Positions 27,767 to 38,326 are shown, counted from the stretch's first letter. The stretch: DNA of 64,000 nt from a bacterium (GCA_049472335.1 JBLIRO010000009.1:17920-81919), one strand, 5' to 3'. The notes: generated from the letters alone by a model not told the origin. Numbers and translations: made by a program.

Positions 27767-28963
27767 CTATAAGTGCGCTACAGTATAGGTGCCGGATTCT
27801 ATAACGTAACCACTATTCGTATTGATACTGTAAGTTCCACTTAAATTTGTTCCCGAAATATTAGCCTTCACAGATAATGTGTAGAACTCGACTCCATTGA
27901 CTAGTATACCTGTTAGCGTGATGCTTGTTCCATTGATTGTCCCGTTCAAAGTGGTATTAATTTTTTGATAACTATTAACTGCAAAGGATATATTGCCATA
28001 TAATGCAGTTCCGTTTTGAGTTAAGGATAGAGTAAGATCACCATCTTCTATTGTTCCGTCAGACAGAGTAGTAAACCAGGTGCCGGCCCATGATCCGTTT
28101 ACATTGAGTAAATTGGCCTCGGTGGTTGAAGTGGTGCTGGAATTAGTTTGATAGTAAGGCAGAGGCTGATTATAGTTAATTGTCTGATTGTAAGGATTAA
28201 CCGTATTGCTTGCATAGGGGTTTGAGAGGGTTGCATAGGGATTTATATATGGATTTGGGTTATAAGTATAGGCCGACTGATAAGGATTTATAGTATTAAC
28301 CAATCCAGTATTATAGTTGTAAGGGTAAGAAACATAAGGATTCTGATAATAGTTTTGATTCGGTAAATAGCTGACAAGCGGGTTTAAATACAAACCGGAT
28401 AGGCTTAAAGGTGATGTTGTAAGTCCCGAAAAAATTGATGGATAGTAGGAAGTCGCTTGAGCTGTATAATTTGAGCCGTCACTGTTTGTTGTCCCGTTTG
28501 TTGTAGTATTTATTGCTGAAATCTGAGTATTATACAGGCCTGCCAGATTCAGAGGAAGTCCAAGTGAGCTAAGTGGATTGTATACCAGGGACGAATATGA
28601 ATATCCTAATGGGTCATAATTATAAAAAAGATTCCCTGTATTTAAGGGTGAATATCCATAAGGATAAACACTGCCATAAGGATTAGCAAAAGATGGCACG
28701 TAATTTCCCAGGCTAACACTATTATAGGGATTGGTTTGACTATACGGATCAAGATAGCTACTTGTAGTATATGGCCAATAGGACGATGTTTGATAACCCG
28801 AGTAAATAGTGTTCTGATAATTTGGGTAGCCCAGAGTGCCCGTTTGATAATTTAAGTTTGGATTATAATAAGTAGTGTTTTGTGCAATACTTAAAGAGCA
28901 GGAGATGATTATAAAAATTGGCAACACCAAAAGGAAGGGTATATAAAATCTTCTATAAATCAT
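27767..28963 (-). CDS. Secreted Tyr/Asn/Pro/Ser-rich protein with C-terminal beta-rich domain
   Basis: AAAGGAG RBS before ATG at 28963; signal ..SIA|Q; many NPY motifs; C-terminal VNGSWAGTW..LTQNGT..SGTY beta domain. Confidence 0.8.
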   Translation of the reverse strand: MIYRRFYIPFLLVLPIFIIISCSLSIAQNTTYYNPNLNYQTGTLGYPNYQNTIYSGYQTSSYWPYTTSSYLDPYSQTNPYNSVSLGNYVPSFANPYGSVYPYGYSPLNTGNLFYNYDPLGYSYSSLVYNPLSSLGLPLNLAGLYNTQISAINTTTNGTTNSDGSNYTAQATSYYPSIFSGLTTSPLSLSGLYLNPLVSYLPNQNYYQNPYVSYPYNYNTGLVNTINPYQSAYTYNPNPYINPYATLSNPYASNTVNPYNQTINYNQPLPYYQTNSSTTSTTEANLLNVNGSWAGTWFTTLSDGTIEDGDLTLSLTQNGTALYGNISFAVNSYQKINTTLNGTINGTSITLTGILVNGVEFYTLSVKANISGTNLSGTYSINTNSGYVIESGTYTVAHL

Positions 28964-29162
28964 AGGAAACTCTCCTTTCACGAGATTTTAAGAGCCGTTT
29001 TCGTAATCTTACTCAATATTCCAACTCGTTTAACCAACTCTAACTCGAAAAGGAGTGAATCCTGTTTTTTATTTTATTCCTTTATCATTATACCACATAC
29101 CACCTTTCATTCTCATGCTTTACCAAAGAGCCTTTTATTGATCATTGTTCGGAAAATAGTAA

Positions 29163-29178
29163 AGCAAAGTACGTGCCA
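29163..29178 (-). promoter_or_regulatory. Sigma-54 (-24/-12) promoter
   Basis: Minus strand TGGCAC-GTACT-TTGCT, a consensus match about 200 bp upstream of 28963. Confidence 0.8.
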
Positions 29179-29693
29179 TTTGTTAAATTGTTTTTTATCC
29201 TGGTTTAATATATTGTATTTATTGACAATATAATATTGAGCCTTTTTCTGTTTGTGTTTTGAGATATTTTAAGCTCTCTTTGGTACCACAATTATTTCGT
29301 TGACTTTTGGCTAAACTTATTGATATATATGGTATAAATACCAGATATGAATATATGTGCATATATGAAATAAATATTACACTATTTTCATAATGATAAA
29401 AATAATGTAAAATAAGTCACAATAGGGATTTTATTGACAACAAATAAAAAAAGGGTAAGATAATATACTATAGGATTTCTTATAAATATATAATTAGAAT
29501 TACTGATTAAATTGTTTCATCTTGAAATACCAATATGCTTTTAGTATAAAATAGTATATATGCGGAATTTTTTTTATAATATTGATAAGATAATTGAAAG
29601 TTTTTTATAGGCGAAATGATTTTTTACGAATGCATCAATTTTAAGTTATTTGTTTTGTAAAAAGTCGAAGGAATTTAAACTAAAGGATCTCAG

Positions 29694-30158
29694 ATGAATC
29701 GAATAAAAGTAGAACGGCTTGATATTATTGAAGCTTTTGAGGCTAATAATCCCAGCCTAACCTATTTTCTTAATAAGGAATCCGGCGAAGTGATAAAGGT
29801 AGACGAAGGCTTTTGTGCTGATGAGACTATATCAGGCATTGACTATTTTTCTGATCCAAAGTACATTCGGATACCCAGAATTTCAGATAGAGAAGGATTA
29901 AGGATAAGGGAAGAATACCTGACACGTATCAGTAATGAAGACTTGTGTGACAGACTGGAACAGATCCTTATAGGCAGGGGATCATTAAAAAGGTTTGTAG
30001 ATATCCTCCGCGTATATCCTTCATACTATGAAGAGTGGGTGAGATTTAAAAATCACAAAATAATGAAAATAATAGAAACATGGTCTAAGGGATTGGAAAT
30101 TGAGCTTGATCTTGTAAATTTGCCCGGTTTAAATGATATTATAAATAAAGATAATTGA
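29694..30158 (+). CDS. UPF0158 family protein
   Basis: YFLNKESGEVI, YIRIP, GRGSLKRF, EEW..F pattern. Confidence 0.8.
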   Translation: MNRIKVERLDIIEAFEANNPSLTYFLNKESGEVIKVDEGFCADETISGIDYFSDPKYIRIPRISDREGLRIREEYLTRISNEDLCDRLEQILIGRGSLKRFVDILRVYPSYYEEWVRFKNHKIMKIIETWSKGLEIELDLVNLPGLNDIINKDN

Positions 30159-30249
30159 GTATAACTAAACGAATATAACCGGCACATTCGGTTATTTCAG
30201 GATTTAAATCAGAGAAGTTTATATAGTTAATATTCGGAGGCTTCAAAAG

Positions 30250-31194
30250 ATGGCCGAGCAACTTGCGGGTGTTTTTTGGCAGGGAAAACATCTGGCCGGT
30301 AGTAATCTTATGGGTGCAAATCTTTTCCAGGCAAACTTGGAAAGAGCCAACCTTGACAGGGTGGATCTCCGATGGGCGAATCTGGAAAATGTTTATGCGC
30401 GGGAAGTTTCAGCCAGACACGCCAATTTGAGGGACTGCTGGGCTCAGCGGATAAACATGGAGAAGGCATGCCTTGAGGGCGCAGATTTAACCGGAGCGAG
30501 ATTCCCTTTCGCATTCCTTTATGAAGCAGATCTTTCATATACACATCTTGAGGGAGCCCAGCTTATAGGAGTAAATCTTAACAACGCAAAGCTATTGGGT
30601 GCTAAATTGATTAATACGGATCTCCAGGGTGCTCAACTCAGAAATGTCAATATGGCTGGCGCAGTTTTAATAGGCTGTAATTTTGGTGATGCCACACTCG
30701 CCGATGTTAATCTCATCGCGGCACAGATAATGGGTGGCAATTTTCATGGGGCGGGCTTAGAGAGAGTCAATCTGAGCCAGGCGATTATAGAAGGCGTTGA
30801 TTTGTCAGGCGCATCGATTATTCAAATAGATCCAACAGGTCCCGGGATGAAAATGATCGATCTGTGCGGGATGAATTTAGATCATATAGACATGAAGGGC
30901 AGAGATTTATCGAATCGAAATTTTCAAGGAACAAGTTTGATCGGAGTAAATTTTTTTGAGGCCGATTTGAGTAAAGCCAGCTTTAGGGATGCAAACCTTA
31001 TGTCGGCCAATCTGAAAAGATCCAATATCATAGGCGCTTGTTTTGATTACTCAATATTGACCGGGGCTGATTTGTCCGAAATAACCGAATTTGAAGGTGC
31101 GACTTTTAATGGAGCTAATTGGTGGCATGCCAGAACCGGGCCTGAGGGAAAGTTCAAAAATTATCTCATGAAAATATATCCCAAGTCATTTTGA
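30250..31194 (+). CDS. Pentapeptide repeat protein
   Basis: Continuous A(N/D)Lxx pentapeptide repeats. Confidence 0.92.
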   Translation: MAEQLAGVFWQGKHLAGSNLMGANLFQANLERANLDRVDLRWANLENVYAREVSARHANLRDCWAQRINMEKACLEGADLTGARFPFAFLYEADLSYTHLEGAQLIGVNLNNAKLLGAKLINTDLQGAQLRNVNMAGAVLIGCNFGDATLADVNLIAAQIMGGNFHGAGLERVNLSQAIIEGVDLSGASIIQIDPTGPGMKMIDLCGMNLDHIDMKGRDLSNRNFQGTSLIGVNFFEADLSKASFRDANLMSANLKRSNIIGACFDYSILTGADLSEITEFEGATFNGANWWHARTGPEGKFKNYLMKIYPKSF

Positions 31195-31250
31195 TTTACA
31201 TCAATAATAGTATTATTAAGTTTAATTTGTAAATAAGGAATTGATTAATT

Positions 31251-32297
31251 ATGTCAGAAGATCAGAAAAGGCTGACCAGCTTCAGCCGTTTCTCCGGGTG
31301 AACAGCCAAGCTGGGTCCGGGGGTTCTGGACCAGGCCTTGTGCGGTCTCTCGTTAAAAAAAGATCCTAATCTCCTGATAGGCATTGAGAGTTCTGAGGAT
31401 GCAGGGGTTTATAAATTGACCGATGAGATTGCACTGGTTCAGACCATTGATTTTTTCACTCCAATGGTTGACGATCCCTATGATTTTGGACAAATCGCAG
31501 CGGCCAATTCGTTGAGCGATATATATGCCACCGGTGGAAAACCTTTGACTGCAATGAACATGATCGGTTTTCCTGTTAATGATCTTGACCTGTCTGTTAT
31601 GCAGCAAATCATTAAAGGAGGATTAGAAAAGATATACGAATCCGGTGCTGTTTTAGTTGGGGGACATTCTGTCGATGACCAGGAGTTGAAATACGGGCTT
31701 TCTGTTACAGGTATCGTCAACCCTAATAAAATCTGGTCAAATATTGGGGCAAGACAGGGAGACAAGATTTTATTAACCAAGCCGATTGGTCTGGGTGTCT
31801 TAAATACGGCTATCAAGGCAAATATGGCCTCTGATGAAGAAGTTAAAAGTGCTGTGCAAATTATGGCCCATTTGAATCGTATCTCTTCAGAAATTATGGC
31901 TCAATCAGGAGGTGTACATGCCTGCACGGATGTGACAGGCTTCGGACTGATCGGGCATCTCTATAATATCTGTAAATATAGCAATGTTAGTATAAAATTA
32001 AATTCAGAAAGTATACCCATAATTAAAGGAGCTAAAAATTATTGTAAAATGGGGTTGCTTCCGGCAGGAGCATATGCAAATCGAAAATTTTACCAATCCC
32101 GTGTGAATGTCAGCTCAAATATATCTGATTTTATTACACACCTGCTTTATGATCCTCAAACATCCGGTGGATTATTGGCCTGCGTAGATCCTGAAAAAAT
32201 CGATCTTATCCTTGATGAACTTTTAAAAAAAGGGGAATCCTGGTGCAGAGTCATAGGAGAGGTGTCAGGTCCCGGAGAAGGATTGTTCCTGGAATAG
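31251..32297 (+). CDS. selD: Selenide, water dikinase (selenophosphate synthetase) with selenocysteine at codon 17
   Basis: ATG at 31251 reads MSEDQKRLTSFSRFSG-TGA(31299-31301)-TAKLGP, in frame with EDAGVY, QTIDFFTP, GGHS, TDVTGFGL, DPQTSGGLL. Confidence 0.93.
31311..31335 (+). promoter_or_regulatory. Bacterial SECIS-like hairpin
   Basis: GGTCCGG-GGGTT-CTGGACC stem-loop; the G-rich loop starts 19 nt after the UGA. Confidence 0.75.
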
Positions 32298-32525
32298 TTC
32301 AAATATACATCTTTTTTATCCCATTGTCTATCTCTAACTAATTGAATATTTGTAGTTTAGACTAAATTTTTGAAGAAATGACTTTTTTGCAGATCCATAA
32401 ATAGGCGCTTAATGAAAACTTTCAGTTGAAGAGATAGGGAAGTCAATGATATCATAAAGTTATTTTTACGAATCCATAAATTTTAATAAGAAATTAAAAA
32501 AATGATTATAAATTGAGGAGGATCG

Positions 32526-32711
32526 ATGCGATATCTTTTATCTGTTTTGTCAATGGTACTAATCATAGAGGGGATACCTTATTTCATGTTCCCCAGGAAA
32601 TTCAAGGAGCTTATACGAATGGTTCTGGAGATTGAGGAGTCTTATTTAAGGATAGCAGGTTTGGGGCTGATGTTGGTTGGGTTGACCCTCCTTTATCTAA
32701 CCATGGGATAA
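32526..32711 (+). CDS. DUF2065 family small membrane protein
   Basis: MVLIIEGIPYFMFP..LRIAGL pattern; GAGGAGG RBS. Confidence 0.85.
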   Translation: MRYLLSVLSMVLIIEGIPYFMFPRKFKELIRMVLEIEESYLRIAGLGLMLVGLTLLYLTMG

Positions 32712-32716
32712 TAATT

Positions 32717-33709
32717 ATGGAACGTGTTGTCAGAGGAGTGGCTTTATATTCCGGAGGATTGGACAGTATCCTTTCCATAAAACTTATTCTGGATCTGGGT
32801 GCTCATGTAGAGGCCCTCATTTTTAAGACGCCTTTTTTTGGTGCAAAGATTAATGATAATATTTCTCTTTTAAAGGATTATAATCATCTGAGGTATAGAA
32901 AGATCGATATAACCCGCAAGTTTGTGAAAATACTTGCTTCACCAAAGTATGGATACGGGAAAAACCTGAATCCATGCATAGATTGTAGAATTTTAATGTT
33001 GCGTGAGGCAAAATCATACATGGAAAAAATAGGGGCTGATTTTGTCTTTACAGGTGAAGTTTTAGGACAAAGGCCAATGTCTCAGAGAAGGGATCTCATG
33101 AGGATTTCGGAAAAGGAATCCGGACTCGAAGGGGTTCTTCTGAGACCTTTATCAGCCAAACTGCTTAATCCGACAAAAGTGGAAGATGCCGGTTTAATAG
33201 ACCGGGAGAAATTGCTTGATTTAAAAGGAAGATCGAGAAAAAGACAGATTGATATGGCTAAGGATTTGAATTGGAATGATTTCCCAACCCCGGGCGGAGG
33301 CTGTTTATTAACTGATAAAGCCTTTGCGAATAAATTGAAGCCTTTTTTAGATAAGGGGATAACGGATACTGATATTTTGAAATGGTTAAGGATCGGGAGA
33401 CATTTTATCCTTCCTTGCGGAACAAGTATTGTTGTTGGACGAAACCATATTGAAAATACCGCTATCCTGGATATGGCAGGAAAGGATGAGACATTGATAA
33501 AGACTGTAACAGTTCCGGGCCCGGTGGCCATCATCCTTGGGCAGCCATCAGAGGAGACAGTAAGATTTGCCGCATCTTTAATGGCAGGTTATAGTGACTT
33601 TAAAGGTCCGGGTAAGGTGGATGTCGCCCTTGGTAAAGGGGGGGATTTCATAAAAGAAATCAAGGTCTATCCCCTAGCGAGAAAGGATTCAGAGGTATAT
33701 AGAATTTGA
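32717..33709 (+). CDS. PP-loop tRNA sulfurtransferase-like protein (ThiI/MnmA-related, with DUF814-like C-terminus)
   Basis: SGGLDS, NPCIDC, TGEVLGQRPMSQ, RPLSAK, PGGGCLLT, GRH. Confidence 0.8.
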   Translation: MERVVRGVALYSGGLDSILSIKLILDLGAHVEALIFKTPFFGAKINDNISLLKDYNHLRYRKIDITRKFVKILASPKYGYGKNLNPCIDCRILMLREAKSYMEKIGADFVFTGEVLGQRPMSQRRDLMRISEKESGLEGVLLRPLSAKLLNPTKVEDAGLIDREKLLDLKGRSRKRQIDMAKDLNWNDFPTPGGGCLLTDKAFANKLKPFLDKGITDTDILKWLRIGRHFILPCGTSIVVGRNHIENTAILDMAGKDETLIKTVTVPGPVAIILGQPSEETVRFAASLMAGYSDFKGPGKVDVALGKGGDFIKEIKVYPLARKDSEVYRI

Positions 33710-36375
33710 CGAAACAAGGCTCTCAGAGAAAATATGTCTTTTCCATCACAAGATCTTTATTAAAAGGAGGTCTTATACTGGTTTTTACATTCCTTCTCCT
33801 TTGTCCTGAATCCTCTGTCTTGGTATTTGCAAAGGATAGCGGTATACGAGAAGACCTTGGTAATGCCTTGAATTACTTTCAAAATGGTCATTTTGACAAG
33901 GCTTTGAAAACGTTCGAATCAGTTATAGAAAAAGACCCAAATACCCCTGAAGCTTTGGAGGCCTTATTCTACAGAGCTGAATGCCTTTTTTCTCTTCAAA
34001 TCTGGCCGGAAGCGATAGATGCCTATGAAGAGATCCGAGAGGAGGACTTTAAGCATCCATTGAAAGAACAAATAAATTACCGGATCATATTGGCAAGATT
34101 CGCTCAAAAGGAATGGACTATTGCATTAGATGAAGCAGAGAGATTTTTGACAACCTTTCCCAAAAGTACATCATGGACCAGGGTTATTTACCTTAAGGCA
34201 TGGGCATTATATATGTGCGGCCAGTATAAAAAGGCGGTTGATTTTTTACTCGGCCGGCCTGAATATACTTCCGCCCTGGGACTGCAAAATATCGATCCCT
34301 GGATAAAGGCAGAGGAAGCCATGATGAGTTGGGATTATGAAAAATCCATTACCATTTTCAGAGAGATAATCGATAACCAAAAATGTGGTCCGAATGGGAA
34401 TAATTATTGGCTTGAGCATTTAAGGCTTGCCGAGTGCTTTATGAAGTTATGGAAATTTCAGCAAGCCCATAAAATTCTAAGGTTGATCGAAAAAAGCAAT
34501 GCGGATGAAGACTTAAAGATTTACGCTCTCCTGGAAGAAGGTGAGGCCTATCTGAATCAAGGATGGTTCGCCAAGGCGAATGAAACATTTTCATCGATTT
34601 CCCGGTCAAATCATTATGGTTCATATGGGGATAGGATTCTGTTCCTTACTGCACAGTCTTTCCTGCATTTAAAGAGATGGAAGGATTCCGGGGATCTTTT
34701 TTATACCCTTACAATCAAATATCCGGAAAGCGCTTATCTGGAGGAAACAGAATGGAGAATAGCTGAAACCTCATATGAACAATGTGATTTTCAAAAGGCT
34801 GTTGAGTTATTAAATATTTTTATAAAAAATTATCCCAATTCCATTTTTTCAGATAAAGCACTTTACATACTTGGATGGAGTTATATATATTTAGAAGAAT
34901 TCTCTAACGCCGAAGATATCTTTAAAAGGCTGTTGAAGGATCATCCAGAAGGAGATTTATCGGCACAGACTTATTTTGCGGTAGGCCGGATTCACTTTAA
35001 TAGAGGTCAATATGAAAGCGCAGGCGATTTTTTTCTCAATGCTGAAATCCATGCGAAGGATAAAGATCTCATACAAAAGGCAAAATTTTTTATGGCATTA
35101 AGACATTTCTATTTAAAGGATTATAGTCAGGCCAGAAAGGGTTTTAAGGAGATCCTGAAGGAGGGAATCGATACGGACAACAAAAGCGCACTTTTGTTTT
35201 TGGGATGGACATCCCTGGCAGAGGGAAGGTATAAAGAAGCCGGCAGTTCGTTTAGAAAATTCCTTGAAACAAACCCCGTTTCCTTTTATTCGGAAGCAAG
35301 ACTGCCTCTTATATGGCGTCTGGCTAAAAACGCTTATCTTTTGGGTGATTATCAGGGAACCTGGCATTGGACGGATCTTATATTGTGTGAAGCTTATGAG
35401 ACTCCATACCACAAGCCGGCAAAGGCCCTGAGATTACAATGCCTCCTGGATTCCAAGGATTATAAGGAGTATCTTGAAATGTCCGACCAATTTCTGGATC
35501 AAAACCCAAGATTGGATTTAAATCTTTCTCAGGATTTTGCAAAGGCAGATATACTGGTAAAAAAAGGTGAGTTACGCCTGGCCGCTGAGCTTTTTAAAGA
35601 TCTTTCCGTCAAATATGCAACCTTTGACGGAGAGATTGATGCCTTATTTGAGCTTGGAATGATACAAAAGGCTCAGGGGCTTTATAAATCGGCCCTTAGA
35701 ACCTATGCACATGCCATTGACCGCTGTTCGGATAGCAGTAATAAACTAAAAATCCATCAGGCTATGGGAGAGATCTTATTTAAGGAAAAGGCATATGGCT
35801 TCGCCTCACGTCACTTTAAAAAAGCGTTTTCAGCAGGAGCGAACGATGCCCTCAGGGCAAAGACATCTCTTTTTCTGGGATTGATTAGTAGCATACAAGG
35901 GCAAAAAGAGATCGCACATCATAGATTTATGGAGTTTTTTGCAGGCAGTACCCTTGATGAGATGTCAATTGCTGAGAAGATAGATTTAGGCTTATTTTTA
36001 GAGGATGCAGCCGAATATTCTTTTGCCATAAAGGTTTTCCAAAAGGTGATTGAATCAGAAACGGATAGGAAGAAAAAGGCGGAAGCCCAATTTTGGATAG
36101 GTGAATGTTATCAAAAAATGGGGGATCTTAAAATGGCGGTGCAAGAATATCTCCTTGTGATTAAACTTTATCCGGATGCGGGGATATGGGGTATTACAGC
36201 AAGATTCAAGTCTGCTGAAATCTATCAGAAAACGGGAAATTTGACAAAGGCCCTTGCATTATACAGAAACGTGGAGAGGCTTGGAAAAGGTGAATCGTAC
36301 GGCCGGTTCGCAACCAAGAGGATTAATGAGATAGAAGAGTTGGTTAAAAAGAAGAAGAAAGGAGGAATTATTTAA
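33706..36375 (+). CDS. Large exported tetratricopeptide-repeat protein
   Basis: N-terminal hydrophobic segment; many TPR units with YP/FP linkers. Confidence 0.85.
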   Translation: MTKQGSQRKYVFSITRSLLKGGLILVFTFLLLCPESSVLVFAKDSGIREDLGNALNYFQNGHFDKALKTFESVIEKDPNTPEALEALFYRAECLFSLQIWPEAIDAYEEIREEDFKHPLKEQINYRIILARFAQKEWTIALDEAERFLTTFPKSTSWTRVIYLKAWALYMCGQYKKAVDFLLGRPEYTSALGLQNIDPWIKAEEAMMSWDYEKSITIFREIIDNQKCGPNGNNYWLEHLRLAECFMKLWKFQQAHKILRLIEKSNADEDLKIYALLEEGEAYLNQGWFAKANETFSSISRSNHYGSYGDRILFLTAQSFLHLKRWKDSGDLFYTLTIKYPESAYLEETEWRIAETSYEQCDFQKAVELLNIFIKNYPNSIFSDKALYILGWSYIYLEEFSNAEDIFKRLLKDHPEGDLSAQTYFAVGRIHFNRGQYESAGDFFLNAEIHAKDKDLIQKAKFFMALRHFYLKDYSQARKGFKEILKEGIDTDNKSALLFLGWTSLAEGRYKEAGSSFRKFLETNPVSFYSEARLPLIWRLAKNAYLLGDYQGTWHWTDLILCEAYETPYHKPAKALRLQCLLDSKDYKEYLEMSDQFLDQNPRLDLNLSQDFAKADILVKKGELRLAAELFKDLSVKYATFDGEIDALFELGMIQKAQGLYKSALRTYAHAIDRCSDSSNKLKIHQAMGEILFKEKAYGFASRHFKKAFSAGANDALRAKTSLFLGLISSIQGQKEIAHHRFMEFFAGSTLDEMSIAEKIDLGLFLEDAAEYSFAIKVFQKVIESETDRKKKAEAQFWIGECYQKMGDLKMAVQEYLLVIKLYPDAGIWGITARFKSAEIYQKTGNLTKALALYRNVERLGKGESYGRFATKRINEIEELVKKKKKGGII

Positions 36376-36653
36376 TGAGATTGCGCAAAAAACAGATCGA
36401 ATCCATATCTGAGAATATCGTTGAAGATTTATTACGGGAAAGCTCTATAATGTGTAAGGATGTTGAGGAGCTCAAGGCCTCTATTAGAAAGCAAATCATC
36501 GAGGACCTCATGATTGAGGATAAACTGAATGACGAGGTGAGAAAAATCCTTGATGAACATTCCTCTCAGATTCGCCAGGGCAGTATCGAATATCATAAAA
36601 TGTTCAGGTTGGTGAAGGAAAAATTGGCAAGGGAGCGGAAGATTATTCTTTAA
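36375..36653 (+). CDS. DUF507 family protein
   Basis: MRL..., EDKLNDEVRKIL, MFRLVKEKLARERK. Confidence 0.8.
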   Translation: MRLRKKQIESISENIVEDLLRESSIMCKDVEELKASIRKQIIEDLMIEDKLNDEVRKILDEHSSQIRQGSIEYHKMFRLVKEKLARERKIIL

Positions 36654-36700
36654 ATATTATTTAATAATATTAATATATTAATAACAACAAGGAGGTGATC

Positions 36701-36976
36701 ATGAGATTAAGCAGATCAAAAATTAACCATCTCTCACATATTATTATCAAAACATTAGAAGAGGACCCTAATGTTGAAATATTAAAGGATTCCAACCTGG
36801 TGCGTCTGGATATAGTAAGGATAATAACACGGGAATTGAAGGTTGAAGAAGAGGTTGATGAGATCGCTCGAAGAAAATTATCATCTTACTCCAGAAAGAT
36901 TCTGGAAGGCAGTCAGGAATGGGATGTCCTTTATCAGAAAATATTTGAAGAAGAAATGGATAAACGGGGTAAATAG
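36701..36976 (+). CDS. DUF507 family protein (second paralogue)
   Basis: GGAGG RBS; MRLSRSKINHLSH, EGSQEWDVLYQK. Confidence 0.8.
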   Translation: MRLSRSKINHLSHIIIKTLEEDPNVEILKDSNLVRLDIVRIITRELKVEEEVDEIARRKLSSYSRKILEGSQEWDVLYQKIFEEEMDKRGK

Positions 36977-37084
36977 ATTTTAAGGTTTTACGTTTTTTAT
37001 TTATTATGGTAATCTAAAAATAAGGGCTTATTATAACTAGTAAAATAATAAAATAATAAATCTATCTTTTTGTGCTGATTACCC

Positions 37085-38266
37085 ATGAATTGCAGTCTTG
37101 AAAATTTTTTAAAGAGAGAAGTAACCCGTAAACAATTTTTAAAGGCCTTATCTCAAAAAGCCTTATTCGGTTTATGTCTTACTGGAGCTTTTTCCCCTTC
37201 CTGTGCCTCGGCCTGGTCGTTCTTAAATAAGACAGATGAGCAGGATAAGACTTCTTTAGTAGAAGCACAATATTATAAAAAATTAGAGGGTGAAGAGATC
37301 CAGTGCCTCCTATGCCCGCATAAATGCGTTGTTTCTAAAGGCGATAGGGGAGAATGCGGTGTTAGAGAAAACCGTAATGGAACCTACTATACCTTGACTT
37401 ATGGCCGTCCATGTGCCTTGCATGTAGATCCTGTTGAAAAAAAACCCCTTTTTCATGTCATGCCGGGCTCCAGGGTTTACTCTTTAGCCACTGCCGGATG
37501 TAATCTCAACTGTCTCTTTTGCCAGAACTGGCAGATATCGCAGGCCCTCCCGGAAGAAGTGAGATACGAAAATCGCTCTCCTGATGAAATCGTCCAGATG
37601 GCTGTGGACATGGATTGCCATTTGATTGCTTATACCTATTCGGAGCCCACTATTTTTTTCGAATATATGCTGGCAATAGCAAAGAAGGCACATACTAAAG
37701 GGCTAATAAATACCTGCCATTCGAATGGATTCATTAATCCGGAACCGCTGTCGGAATTGTTGAGATTCATGAGTGCCGCAAATATTGATCTTAAGGGTTT
37801 TACTGACGAATATTATTTAGAGGTATGCGGAGGAAGATTAGAGCCTGTTCTGAAGTCTCTTAAACAGATAAAAAAAGGAGGCATTCACCTTGAGCTGACA
37901 AACCTGGTTGTTCCTTCCAAAAATGATAAAATAGATGATATAAAGAAAATGAGTAAATGGATAAGTAATGAATTAGGGCCAGATGTTCCGCTCCATTTTT
38001 CCAGGTTTTATCCCAGGTATAAGCTTCGCAATATTCCTCCTACCCCTGTTGAAACCCTTGAAGAAGCCAGGGATGTCGCTATGCGGGAAGGCCTGAAGTT
38101 TGTTTATATCGGAAATTTACAGCCAGGTCATAAAGCGGAAAATACTTATTGTCCAAACTGCAAGAAGATTGTTATAGAAAGAAGAGGATATGTAGTTGAA
38201 AAAAATCAATTAAAAGGGGGAAAATGCCCCAATTGCAATAAGCCGATCTCAGGTCTTTGGGAGTAA
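37085..38266 (+). CDS. amrS: AmmeMemoRadiSam system radical SAM enzyme
   Basis: CLLCPHKC..GECGVREN, DPVEKKPLFH, CNLNCLFCQNW (CX3CX2C), PLHFSRFYP, C-terminal CPNC x2. Confidence 0.9.
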   Translation: MNCSLENFLKREVTRKQFLKALSQKALFGLCLTGAFSPSCASAWSFLNKTDEQDKTSLVEAQYYKKLEGEEIQCLLCPHKCVVSKGDRGECGVRENRNGTYYTLTYGRPCALHVDPVEKKPLFHVMPGSRVYSLATAGCNLNCLFCQNWQISQALPEEVRYENRSPDEIVQMAVDMDCHLIAYTYSEPTIFFEYMLAIAKKAHTKGLINTCHSNGFINPEPLSELLRFMSAANIDLKGFTDEYYLEVCGGRLEPVLKSLKQIKKGGIHLELTNLVVPSKNDKIDDIKKMSKWISNELGPDVPLHFSRFYPRYKLRNIPPTPVETLEEARDVAMREGLKFVYIGNLQPGHKAENTYCPNCKKIVIERRGYVVEKNQLKGGKCPNCNKPISGLWE

Positions 38267-38326
38267 TATACCGAAATAGTAATTATACATAAACAATTTT
38301 AAAAAATTTACAGGATTACGGATCTT

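Noticed and set aside
31338..32297. selD starting at TTG 31338, or selD as a pseudogene
   Set aside because: This start omits the catalytic U-x-x-K motif; the upstream ATG, in-frame UGA and SECIS-like hairpin fit Sec recoding better.
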